Shown one piece after another: positions 8,747 through 17,590 of a stretch of 38,623 bases of DNA. The DNA is taken from assembly GCA_947296835.1 (NCBI GenBank), contig CAMYQS010000001.1:1-38623 (forward strand), given 5' to 3'. The position numbers and the translations under genes are program-made. Numbering within the stretch: position 1 is the first letter of the stretch; each line of letters starts with the position of its first letter. The notes below the pieces were generated by a model. It was not told the origin of the DNA, searched no databases, and saw nothing but the letters and a program-made list of their open reading frames with translations. The DNA comes from an uncultured Atopostipes sp. GTDB lineage: Bacteria; Bacillota; Bacilli; Lactobacillales; Carnobacteriaceae_A.

Positions 8747-9071
8747 ATACCGTTTTTTGCTATTTATATGTATAGGTGAATATTCAACCAGAACAGTCTT
8801 AAAATTACAATACAATAATATGATGAAACTTACTCACAACGCATAGAGACAGTGCTTGGATGAGGCACGTTATTCCTCTGCGTCCTGCATTCTTAAAATG
8901 CTAATATAACTTGTTTTAGAAGCTCTAAATTTTTGTGACCAATATTGTTTTTAATATGATATAATGAACTTGTGGTTAGTGAGTAGTCAATAAACTAACT
9001 AATTCTTCGCCCAATACTATTAATACATCTATAGCTATGTCGATTAGACTATAGAGTGGAGGGAATATCCT

Positions 9072-10562
9072 ATGAGCAACTTACTTACAAAGCAAGAACA
9101 TCGCTGGTTCTATTTTATTGAAAAATTAACGAATAATAAGGATTGGATGATTCTCGCTGACATGTCAGAACTATTAAATTGTTCAGAACGGATTTTAAAG
9201 ATGGACATCCGTTACTTAAATGAAACATTTGATGATTTCATCATACATACGTCTAATAAGGGGACTAAAATTGAGTACAATCCAAACAGAAGTTTTAAAA
9301 CATTCTGTCAGAAATTATTGATTATGTCAGACACTTATCGTCTGCTTGAAATCGTCTTTTTAAACGAGCATATAAAAGTTAAAGATATTTCAAAGCGATT
9401 AGATATTAGTCTTTCGACGTTATATCGAATGATTGATCAACTAAATACACGTACGAAAGAAGAATATGGTTTCGTTATCGAAACTGGCCCTTGTCGTATT
9501 GCCGGTGACGAGGAACGTATTCGACTCTTCTTTTATACATACTTTTTTGAAAAATATCAGCATGATGACTGGCCATTTGATGAGGATGAAATGAAAATAA
9601 TTCATGCGCTGATTCAAGAGATTATTCAAGTCAAAAAATTACCCTATGATTTTGTTTACTTTAATATTGTAAAAATTATCACACTCGTTAATTACACTCG
9701 CTTTAAAGATGACCACGTTATTGCGTTAGATAATCATGATAACGAACTCATCACCTTATTGCTGAATACGATTGAAGATAATGGATTACGCGATAAGATT
9801 GAGACGACTCTTGACATCAATTTTGATCATGATTTTATTTATCAAATATTTAATCCACTGATTCATCCAGGTATTTATCAAACACATTTAGAGTTTGAAA
9901 ATGCTATACCAGAAGATAAAGAATTAAATAAAAAAACAAAAGCATTGAAAGACATTTTAACTAAGATTGCCGATAAACATAACTTAACTATTCCAAACTT
10001 GGAAATGCTCTTATATGTTGTCTACAATGCAGCTTCTTTAGAGTACAGTCAACCACAATCAAGACATATCTTATATAATCAAAATGGTTTTTTTGCACAC
10101 CAGATTGAAAAACAATTTCCTGTATTTTACGAGAGCCTTTATGACGGAATGAAAGAGTTTCGAATGATTATGAATAAGCCTCTTACTGAGTCCGGTATTA
10201 ATTTCTATATTTTTACGGTCATTAGCTGGTGGGAAAATTTGATTTCTGAATTACATCAGAACATCTACAAAATCAATGTCTTGTTGATAAGTGACCGACA
10301 CCAAAAACATGCTCAGATGATGAAAGAGTTTATTAACTTTAAATTTGGTGAACAGCTTGAAATAGAGACGGCTAATTCTATCTATCTTGATTCTGATATC
10401 GTTAATTTATCCAATTACGATTTAATTATCAGTTCCTATATGGATAAAAAATTACTGGATTACAGAAGTATCTACATAAGCGATATTCCTCTGCCAGAGA
10501 ATTTACATCAGATTCAAAAACAGATTGATTCGATTCTTGCAAGTCGAATGGATTACTCATAG
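9072..10562 (+). CDS. Mga/AtxA-family PRD-containing transcriptional regulator, full length
   Basis: 496 aa with two N-terminal HTHs (LADMSELLNCSERILKMDI; ISLSTLYRMI), the IAGDEERIRLFFYTYFFE motif and a C-terminal EIIB-like domain (YDLIISSY). Confidence 0.88.
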   Translation: MSNLLTKQEHRWFYFIEKLTNNKDWMILADMSELLNCSERILKMDIRYLNETFDDFIIHTSNKGTKIEYNPNRSFKTFCQKLLIMSDTYRLLEIVFLNEHIKVKDISKRLDISLSTLYRMIDQLNTRTKEEYGFVIETGPCRIAGDEERIRLFFYTYFFEKYQHDDWPFDEDEMKIIHALIQEIIQVKKLPYDFVYFNIVKIITLVNYTRFKDDHVIALDNHDNELITLLLNTIEDNGLRDKIETTLDINFDHDFIYQIFNPLIHPGIYQTHLEFENAIPEDKELNKKTKALKDILTKIADKHNLTIPNLEMLLYVVYNAASLEYSQPQSRHILYNQNGFFAHQIEKQFPVFYESLYDGMKEFRMIMNKPLTESGINFYIFTVISWWENLISELHQNIYKINVLLISDRHQKHAQMMKEFINFKFGEQLEIETANSIYLDSDIVNLSNYDLIISSYMDKKLLDYRSIYISDIPLPENLHQIQKQIDSILASRMDYS

Positions 10563-10622
10563 TTTTTCGTTTTCAGATTTCCCCATATAACTTTAAAAGC
10601 CCTAAACCAAAGGCTACTCTCC

Positions 10623-11204
10623 TTATGGTTTAGGACTTTTTGTTCCTATAATGATCCTTTTACGAGCAATAATCCCCCCCTCATCCGCTTTTATCATTTG
10701 CCATCGAGGATGCTTCTTTTTAAAAGTTGTTTTAAAAGTCGATTGTTTCATCCGCTTTACTTTTAGTTGTAAGTTTAAGTCTTCTGCTTTATTTCGCAGC
10801 GTATATTGGCCACCATTTAGGTTTGTTGCTTTCATTTCACCATGATTGTTCGAAGTAAGTGTTATAGGCTTCCCTTCCTCGTCTAAAATACTTTTGTTTC
10901 CTCTGGCATTTAACAATTCAAATGGAACATTCGGGATAGAAAGACCTTTATCGTTTTGAATCGTTAGCGCCACTTCATAGTTCCGGCGTGAAATGAGATG
11001 GTCTAGAACTAGACGCGTGAGTACGAAAAGGACCAATAAGGTAATGCCAACAACTAAACTGCCAAGTAAAAACATATTTTGAGTCTGTGTTTCAGCAACC
11101 TTCTCAAGTGGTCCAGCCGTTGTAGGCAGATACGGAATGCGATGCCCTCGGACCAACAAACGATGGGAGTTAATCATATATGGTGTACAGGTTATAAGGG
11201 TCAT
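10623..11204 (-). pseudogene. 5'-truncated class C (pilus) sortase
   Basis: Begins at MTLITCTPYMINSHRLLVRGHRIPY, followed by a TM helix and a C-terminal extension. The N-terminal half with the catalytic His is missing. Confidence 0.85.
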
Positions 11205-11591
11205 TCGGAACACTCAGAGGACCTCGATAATTACTTGATGTATATTGTCTATTCCGTTTGGAAAGGATTAACCTTAAATCTACGCAAGAGACTCGAAAAA
11301 ATTAAGGTGTTAATTATTAGTAACCGTCACCCTTCACACTCGAAGATGATAAAAGAATTTATCGATTATGAGCTCGGTGACCACTTAACAATTGATATAT
11401 TTGACGATCTATACCTATCTCCAACTATTCTGGAAGAGTTGGACTATCATTTTATCGTTGCGAATTTCCCACTTCCACCGTTAAAATCAAAAAACTCTAT
11501 CTGTATTGAAAATATACCTTCATTCCAAGACCTTACTAAAATAAGAGCTGAAATAGACGAAATCTATTTCTCCAGGCTGAATGTGCCCTAG
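11205..11591 (+). pseudogene. C-terminal fragment of a third Mga-like regulator
   Basis: NYLMYIVYSVWKGL...KIKVLIISNRHPSHSKMIKEFIDYELG aligns with both other paralogs. It abuts the sortase fragment with no start or promoter. Confidence 0.8.
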
Positions 11592-11598
11592 ACAAAGC

Positions 11599-11628
11599 AA
11601 AACCTCGGTGAATTGACCGAGGTTTTTT
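11599..11628 (+). terminator. Intrinsic terminator
   Basis: AAAACCTCGGT-GAATTG-ACCGAGGTTTTTT. Confidence 0.85.
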
Positions 11629-11650
11629 AGTTTATCCAGCTGTTTTATGA

Positions 11651-11770
11651 TTCTTGCGCGTCTATAAAATAATTATAAGCGTGCAAGAAGTTCTTGCACG
11701 TCTATAAAATAATTACAAGCGTGTAAGAAATTCTTGCGCGTCCATAAAATAATTACAAGCGTGCAAGATT
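11651..11770. repeat. 3 x 40-bp tandem repeat, each unit an imperfect palindrome
   Basis: Consensus TTCTTGCRCGTCYATAAAATAATTAYAAGCGTGYAAGAWN, with TTCTTGCRCG/CGTGCAAGAA arms. Confidence 0.92.
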
Positions 11771-11842
11771 GGGAATTAACGTCAAAAATAACCCTAAGAC
11801 TTAGTATCAAACTAAATCTCAAGGTTATTGGTTTTATAATAT

Positions 11843-13006
11843 TTAATTGTCTAGATTCTCTGGTTCTGGTTCTGCTGGTTGTTCCGGTTCAGGTTTTGGG
11901 GTTGGTGTTACTGGAATATCTGGTTCATCTTCACCATCATTACTGTTATTTCCGCTACCTGTTTCACTGTCGGAACCACTCCCTGTGCCGTCTGGATTTC
12001 CTCCGCTAGATCCATTTCCAGACCCACCGTCTGTATTTCCTTCGCCAGATCCACTTTCTGACCCACCGCCTGAGTTTCCTCCGCCAGATCCATTTCCAGA
12101 CGCACCGTCTGTATTTCCTCCGCCAGATCCACTTTCTGACCCACTGCCTGTATTTCCTCCGCCAGTTCCACTTCCTGACCCACCGCCTGTGTTTCCATTG
12201 CTAGATCCAGGGTTATTATTGTTACCTGGAATTGGATTAGTCGGTTGTGTTGGACGAGACGGTCTGGTTGGTGTACTCTCCGGTTCTTCTACTTCTGGAG
12301 TTTCCTCAACCTCTTCGATTTCTTCCACTTCTTCCTCGTCCTCTTCTTCTTCGACTGGGATGATTTCACCGTCGAGTGAGGCTGTTAAGGCGTCTCGGAT
12401 TTCTTCATTTTTTATTTTCTCAATGATTTTTAGTGCTTCATCGATGTCATCTTGTGTGACACCTTCTTTTAAGTTGCCTTCTTCGTCTAATAAGCTTTCT
12501 ACCAGTTCTTCTGCTTCTCTGATATTCGTCAATTGTTGCTTTCCATCAGTAAGCAGCTCCATATTACGTTCATAGTAATCTGAACGAATACTGTAAGGTT
12601 CAATTTCACGTTCTAAACGATTGAAATCTTTTAATTCTGCGGATGAAACAACAATCTTTTTATCAAATAATGCTCGAATGTCTTCTTGAATGGTGTTCAT
12701 TTCACGCGCTAGTAAAAAATCGACTTCCATATCTCGAATACGACGTTTGTTTTCTTTATGTAAATCTTTCTCATCTAAGTCTAAAAAAAGTTGCTCTAAT
12801 TCTTCTAGTTCATCTTCTGCAATACCTTCTACAATATCTGTCTTTTCCTCGTTATAAAGTGCATCAACACGTTCTTCGATGGCTGAAATTTCATAACCTT
12901 CAAATTCGAGTAGTCTTTCTTCCTGTTTATGTTGGTAGAAATTAAAACTCGAAATACCAATTATAATTATGGTAATTAATAATCCGTAATAACTTTTGCC
13001 TTTCAC
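11843..13006 (-). CDS. Membrane-anchored extracellular protein with acidic helical domain and Gly/Ser/Pro-rich tail
   Basis: GTG start with GAGGTG RBS, N-terminal TM, helical acidic region and low-complexity C-terminus. Confidence 0.75.
   Translation of the reverse strand: MKGKSYYGLLITIIIIGISSFNFYQHKQEERLLEFEGYEISAIEERVDALYNEEKTDIVEGIAEDELEELEQLFLDLDEKDLHKENKRRIRDMEVDFLLAREMNTIQEDIRALFDKKIVVSSAELKDFNRLEREIEPYSIRSDYYERNMELLTDGKQQLTNIREAEELVESLLDEEGNLKEGVTQDDIDEALKIIEKIKNEEIRDALTASLDGEIIPVEEEEDEEEVEEIEEVEETPEVEEPESTPTRPSRPTQPTNPIPGNNNNPGSSNGNTGGGSGSGTGGGNTGSGSESGSGGGNTDGASGNGSGGGNSGGGSESGSGEGNTDGGSGNGSSGGNPDGTGSGSDSETGSGNNSNDGEDEPDIPVTPTPKPEPEQPAEPEPENLDN
11990..12200 (-). repeat. Coding 39-bp (13-aa) repeats with 78-bp higher-order period
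   Basis: GSGSESGSGGGNT / DGASGNGSGGGNS / GGGSESGSGEGNT / DGGSGNGSSGGNP. Confidence 0.85.
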
Positions 13007-13165
13007 AACTTCACCTCATGTTTAAATATCGTGATACAATGTACCTACTTCTATGATACCGTAAATCAAAACAAAATTGTATGATACTTTTAGTCTTTTT
13101 AAAACAAGCCAAAAAAGTAGTAGTGTATAGGCCGGTTCTATAATAAATAATGTTGATGTATATTT

Positions 13166-13213
13166 AAAGAACTCCTGTACTTACTCTAATCCGAGTAGCA
13201 ACAGGAGTTCTTT
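13166..13213 (-). terminator. Terminator after yesL-like gene
   Basis: AAAGAACTCCTGT...TACTC/GAGTA...ACAGGAGTTCTTT. Confidence 0.8.
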
Positions 13214-13216
13214 CAT

Positions 13217-13828
13217 TTAGTCTTCTATTTCTTTTTCAAGGCTATAAAGGGCTGCGGTCGTTCCAACCCAGGCGATACCACTCATTGAGAGGAAGAAAAA
13301 CATCGCTGGGAAGAATGCAATTACTAAAGCCATACATACTAAACTAGCAAGTACCGCTAGCGTAATCAGTGGTTTTCCTGCAGCTGTCAGAAAGCCTATA
13401 ACCAAAATCTGCAGTGAATCGTTTCGATAAATTTTCGACAACGGCATCGCAAATAGAATGGTAAGTATGATAACAACGGTTACCGTATAAAACGCGTATT
13501 TTAAGATGGGAAACCAAGTGGCTTCGATCGTAAGTGTACTCAGGAAATAGATATCTATCGCACTGACTAAAAGTGCCACAAAAATTGGCAAGCCTAACTT
13601 AAAACTCCGTTTAATTTGTTTGAAGAAATACTTTTTAAATTGTGTATAAAGATGCTTAGGTTTCCCTTTCTGTTTCCATTCATAAACGACTTCAAACACC
13701 GCATTTGTTGCCGGTATAATCGTAACAATTGGTAAGGAAAAGAGTAGCCAACAAACATTTAGGATCGCCATACCTGAAAACCATTCGGTAAAATGGACAA
13801 CAAGTGACGTTAAATCATTCTTCTTCAA
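13217..13828 (-). CDS. YesL/DUF624 family membrane protein
   Basis: LNVCWLLFSLPIVTIIPATNAVF...FKKYF motif. Lies downstream of a sugar ABC permease. Confidence 0.85.
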   Translation of the reverse strand: MKKNDLTSLVVHFTEWFSGMAILNVCWLLFSLPIVTIIPATNAVFEVVYEWKQKGKPKHLYTQFKKYFFKQIKRSFKLGLPIFVALLVSAIDIYFLSTLTIEATWFPILKYAFYTVTVVIILTILFAMPLSKIYRNDSLQILVIGFLTAAGKPLITLAVLASLVCMALVIAFFPAMFFFLSMSGIAWVGTTAALYSLEKEIED

Positions 13829-13859
13829 CTATAGCTCTCCTTTGCATTCAAATCATTCA

Positions 13860-14390
13860 CTACCCTTTTGTTCCACCCGATAAATCCATTCCTTCCATAA
13901 AGTAACGTTGTGCGAAGAAAAAGAGTAAAATTGTTGGTAAAAGAACTAGCGTAGCACCAGCCATTAAATAGTTCCATTGTGTCGTTGACTGGTTTTGGAA
14001 TACTTGTAAACCTATTTGTAACGTGTATTTCTCTTCTCTTTGAATATAGAGCAATGGACCAAGAAAATCGTTCCATGTCCCATTAAAGGCATGAATTCCA
14101 ACGGTAATTAAAGCCGGTTTTGTTAACGGCATCATTAAGCGACTCCAAATGTACAAGTGATTTGCCCCATCTATTTGTGCCGCTTCAATTAATTAGTCAT
14201 CAATAGATAAGTAGAATTGTCGCATTAAGAAGATATTGAACCCACTTCCGAAAAAGGCAGGAACCGTTAATGGTAAATACGTTCCAACCCACCCGATTTT
14301 ACTAAATAAAATGTATTGAGGAATCATGGTTACAAAACTTGGAATCATCATTGTCGACAAGACCAATGATCTCCATTTACTTCTTTCCAT
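13860..14390 (-). pseudogene. Carbohydrate ABC permease (MalG-type), 5'-deleted, with an in-frame nonsense codon
   Basis: [15 protein letters not shown]...[23 protein letters not shown]...WNDFLGPL...FFFAQRYF. The TAA at 14193-14195 interrupts the EAA loop and the N-terminal TM segments are absent. Confidence 0.88.
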
Positions 14391-14524
14391 TTTAAACACC
14401 TTCTTTTTTTTAATTTTAATGCTACTTTTGGAATACTATAATTGAATAAGACCAAACACATTTATGTATAAAAATATAACGAAGGATGTTCATATAGGAT
14501 CCTCCTTCTTCTACCGCTTCTCAA

Positions 14525-14538
14525 AAATAACGCTTACA
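14525..14538 (-). promoter_or_regulatory. cre-like (CcpA) site upstream of the decayed sugar ABC operon
   Basis: TGTAAGCGTTATTT on the - strand. Confidence 0.5.
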
Positions 14539-14577
14539 TAACTATCTACTTTTTAACAAAGAAGAAAGAAAGTCTGC

Positions 14578-14752
14578 TGATCTCACATGAGTCATTAACA
14601 CCTTTTTTCGTTTTGAATGCAAAAAAAGCCAGTGAATCCCTATAATTAAGTCACCACAACTAAAAAGGAAAATTCACTTGGCTCATATCTATTCTATTAG
14701 AAATATATTTGAAAACAATGGCCAAATTTCAACCATCACTACGTAAAGATCA
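14578..14752 (+). mobile_element. Internally deleted IS remnant (ISL3-like left end)
   Basis: GCCAGTGAAT...TATAAT-TAAGTCACCACAAC-TAAAAAGGA...ATTCACTTGGC hairpin enclosing the -10 and RBS, then TTG-AHIYSIRNIFE resembling ISL3 transposase N-termini, cut short. Weak TGATCT...AGATCA ends. Confidence 0.45.
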
Positions 14753-14762
14753 ATTATAGGAT

Positions 14763-16337
14763 TTAATGGTTAATTTGTAGATTTGTTTTCGTCCAATCCT
14801 CGTTAAATAATGCGGCGTCCATTTCACGCAATTGGTCTGAGATAACCGGTTTGAACGCCATCCAATCTAACACATCTTTTTCTAAGTTTAATCCAGGCGC
14901 AATCTCGATCAGGCGCATTTTACCTTCTTCAGTGAAATCAAATACGGCTCTGTCCGTAATCACAAGAATCTCTTTCCCCATTTTATGTGCATATTCAGCT
15001 GAAAACGTGACGTATTGTAGGTCTGAAACAAATTTCGGGCCAATACCTTCTTCTGTAACAACAATTTTTCCGTCGACTACTTCTGTTTTGCCCTTTACGA
15101 CATGGGTTCCGACAAACACAATCTTATCCGCACCATTTGAAATATCAATCATACCACCCGGTCCAATGAAATAGTCGCCAATTTTCGTCGTGTTCATATT
15201 TCCTAAAGCATTCATTTGACCAAAGCCCAGGACAGCGACATCTAGTCCTTTACCGTGGTATAAATTAAACATATCTTCCGTATTAATGACTGCATCAGCA
15301 TTAATATTTGGTGCATAATTATATCCGGTAGCTGGTAAGCCGCCAACTGCACCTAAATCTGTGGTCAAGTGATAATCTTTAAGGGCATCCGCTTCTGCAA
15401 TGACTTCCCCTACTGAAGCTGCGATGCCATTTCCTAAATTCACGATTGAATCTTTTGGAATTTCTTGGCTAGCTCTTCTAACCATGACTCTCTTTGGATC
15501 AAGTGGTTTCTTATAGTATTTTGCATCGCGAGCAATTCGAATCTCATTCGATAAAATCGGGCTATATACCGTTCCAGCCGTTTGCATGTGGTATTCGGGT
15601 TTTTCGTTCACAACGACATAGTCGACTAACATTCCAGGGACCGCAACTTCTTGTGCTGGAATACTGTGATTTTCGACCATTTCCTCAACTTGAGCGATAA
15701 CGACTCCACCTGCATTATGTGCGGCTGTCGCTAGAGATACAGATTCTAAAAATGCGGACTCTCGTTTCATCGAAAGGTTCCCGTTTTGATCAGCATAAGA
15801 AGCTTTGATGAAAGCAACGTTAATCGGTAGCGGTTTATAGTGCAACCAACGCTCACCATTCAACTCGATACTCTCAACGATATCTTCATTGTCTTTTGCC
15901 ATATCGTTCATCTTGCCACCTTCATTGTTTGGATCAACAAAGGTATCAATGCCAACTTTACTAAACACCCCGGGACCTCGAGAAGCCGCATTTTGGTACA
16001 GCTTGCCAATCATCCCTTGGGGTATCATAAACAACTCATAGTCATTCTGATGAGCCGCTTGGTTTGCGATTGGAGAAGTTGCAATATGAGAGACGACTGC
16101 TCGCTTCAATAAACCTGGCTTGATTAGATGGTCAAGCCCTCTACCTTTTCCAACGCCAATTCCTGCGGTCGTTGCTAATGTAATGTTTTTAGGGTGTTGA
16201 TTTTCTTCATAATACTCACCAACCCCAGCAATTAATTGTTCAGGTAAGCCACCTATTCCAAACGATGATGTTCCAATAACGGCATTATCCGGAATATGTC
16301 TGACAGCTTCCATGTACGATCGTCTCTTAGTTTCCAT
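14763..16337 (-). CDS. Acyl-CoA:acetate/3-ketoacid CoA-transferase (YdiF/FadX-like, fused alpha-beta)
   Basis: GLDHLIKPGLLKR, IPQG, GPGVFSKVGIDTFVDP, VNLGNGI, GPGGMIDIS, ITDRAVF, LIEIAPG. Confidence 0.85.
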   Translation of the reverse strand: METKRRSYMEAVRHIPDNAVIGTSSFGIGGLPEQLIAGVGEYYEENQHPKNITLATTAGIGVGKGRGLDHLIKPGLLKRAVVSHIATSPIANQAAHQNDYELFMIPQGMIGKLYQNAASRGPGVFSKVGIDTFVDPNNEGGKMNDMAKDNEDIVESIELNGERWLHYKPLPINVAFIKASYADQNGNLSMKRESAFLESVSLATAAHNAGGVVIAQVEEMVENHSIPAQEVAVPGMLVDYVVVNEKPEYHMQTAGTVYSPILSNEIRIARDAKYYKKPLDPKRVMVRRASQEIPKDSIVNLGNGIAASVGEVIAEADALKDYHLTTDLGAVGGLPATGYNYAPNINADAVINTEDMFNLYHGKGLDVAVLGFGQMNALGNMNTTKIGDYFIGPGGMIDISNGADKIVFVGTHVVKGKTEVVDGKIVVTEEGIGPKFVSDLQYVTFSAEYAHKMGKEILVITDRAVFDFTEEGKMRLIEIAPGLNLEKDVLDWMAFKPVISDQLREMDAALFNEDWTKTNLQINH

Positions 16338-16366
16338 ACTGCACCTCTTTAATTTCTTGCTTAACT

Positions 16367-17569
16367 TTAAACAAACGCACTTTTTCCAGTTAAATAACGT
16401 CCAATAATTAAACTGTTTATTTCATGTGTTCCTTCATATGAATAAATTGCTTCTGCATCACCAAAGAATCGAGCGACTTTATGTTCAACCGTAATCCCAT
16501 TTCCGCCACCAATTTCACGGGCTAATGCTGCTGTTTCACGTAATAGGCGTGCTGTTTGCATCTTGGCAATTGAAGCGGGTACTTCTGCAAATTCGCCTGC
16601 AGCTTGTAATGTAGCCAAACGGTGTGATAACCCTAAAGCCGTCACTACGTTTCCTTCCATACGGGCTAATTTTTCTTGAATCAGTTGGAATTGAGTAATT
16701 GATCGTCCGAATTGATCACGGGCAGCTCCATATTCTAATGCTGATTTCAGTGCTCCTGCGTGTGTTCCTGACGCAATATGCGTCACATCACCACGAGTGG
16801 TGTATAGAATTTTTGAAACATCTTTGAATGACGTAATGTTTGGTAGACGAGTATCGTCCTTTACCGTTACGTTATCTAATGTGATGTGGCCATTTTGAAC
16901 TAGACGTAAAGCAATTTTACCGTCAATTTTCTCAACACCTAAACCTTCTGCATCTCCCGGAACCATGAAACATAGGATTTCTTTGGTTTCTGGATTTTTC
17001 GCAAAAACAGGAATAACATCCGCTGTTCCAGCTCCACCAATCCAACGTTTCTCACCATTGATAACCCACGAATCACCATCGCGTATAGCTGTTGTTGAAA
17101 TACCTCCTGCAATATCCGAACCATGCTCTGGTTCCGTTAAAGCAAAACAGGTTTGCATTTCAAAAGAAGCTAACTTTGGACCGTAATGCGCAATCTGTTC
17201 TTCCGATCCACCTAATAGTAAGGTTGTATAACCTAAACCAGCGTGCACCGCAAAGAATGTCGCGATTGACGGGTCTGTTCGCGCAAGCTCATACAAGCGG
17301 TACATATTAAAATACTCGCTAACTTTGTGCTCCCCTTCGCGGTTAATAAATAAATCAGGGTTGTCCATTAATCCTAAATCGACAATTGATTTAAATTCAT
17401 CAAACGGAAAAGTTTCGTTTTTCCAGTGTTCTTCTAATACAGGTTCGATTTTTTCTTCGAGTACTTTTCTTAACTCCACTAAAAGATCGACTTCTTTATC
17501 TGTCAGCTGATCACTGTACCTTAAAATATCTTCTGGATATAATTTTGCTAATTTTTCAGTTCTATTCAT
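16367..17569 (-). CDS. Acyl-CoA dehydrogenase (glutaryl-CoA dehydrogenase-like clade), paralog 2
   Basis: CFALTEPEHGSD, NGEKRWIG, RDQFGR, GGNGI, YSYEGTHEIN. Confidence 0.92.
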   Translation of the reverse strand: MNRTEKLAKLYPEDILRYSDQLTDKEVDLLVELRKVLEEKIEPVLEEHWKNETFPFDEFKSIVDLGLMDNPDLFINREGEHKVSEYFNMYRLYELARTDPSIATFFAVHAGLGYTTLLLGGSEEQIAHYGPKLASFEMQTCFALTEPEHGSDIAGGISTTAIRDGDSWVINGEKRWIGGAGTADVIPVFAKNPETKEILCFMVPGDAEGLGVEKIDGKIALRLVQNGHITLDNVTVKDDTRLPNITSFKDVSKILYTTRGDVTHIASGTHAGALKSALEYGAARDQFGRSITQFQLIQEKLARMEGNVVTALGLSHRLATLQAAGEFAEVPASIAKMQTARLLRETAALAREIGGGNGITVEHKVARFFGDAEAIYSYEGTHEINSLIIGRYLTGKSAFV

Positions 17570-17590
17570 GATTTTACCTACCCTTTCGAA

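Noticed and set aside
11079..11591. 170-aa ORF as an intact gene
   Set aside because: The first ~42 codons are the antisense of the sortase C fragment. Only 11205 onward is Mga-like.
11847..12575. 242-aa Pro/Ser-rich ORF on the + strand and 96-aa alternative-frame ORF at 11908-12198
   Set aside because: Shadows of the low-complexity Gly/Ser repeat in 11843..13006.
13825..14076. 83-aa ORF
   Set aside because: Alternative frame of the ABC permease pseudogene.
14193..14195. Programmed stop readthrough or recoding in the permease
   Set aside because: The codon is TAA with no recoding signal, and the gene is also 5'-deleted, so simple pseudogenisation explains it.
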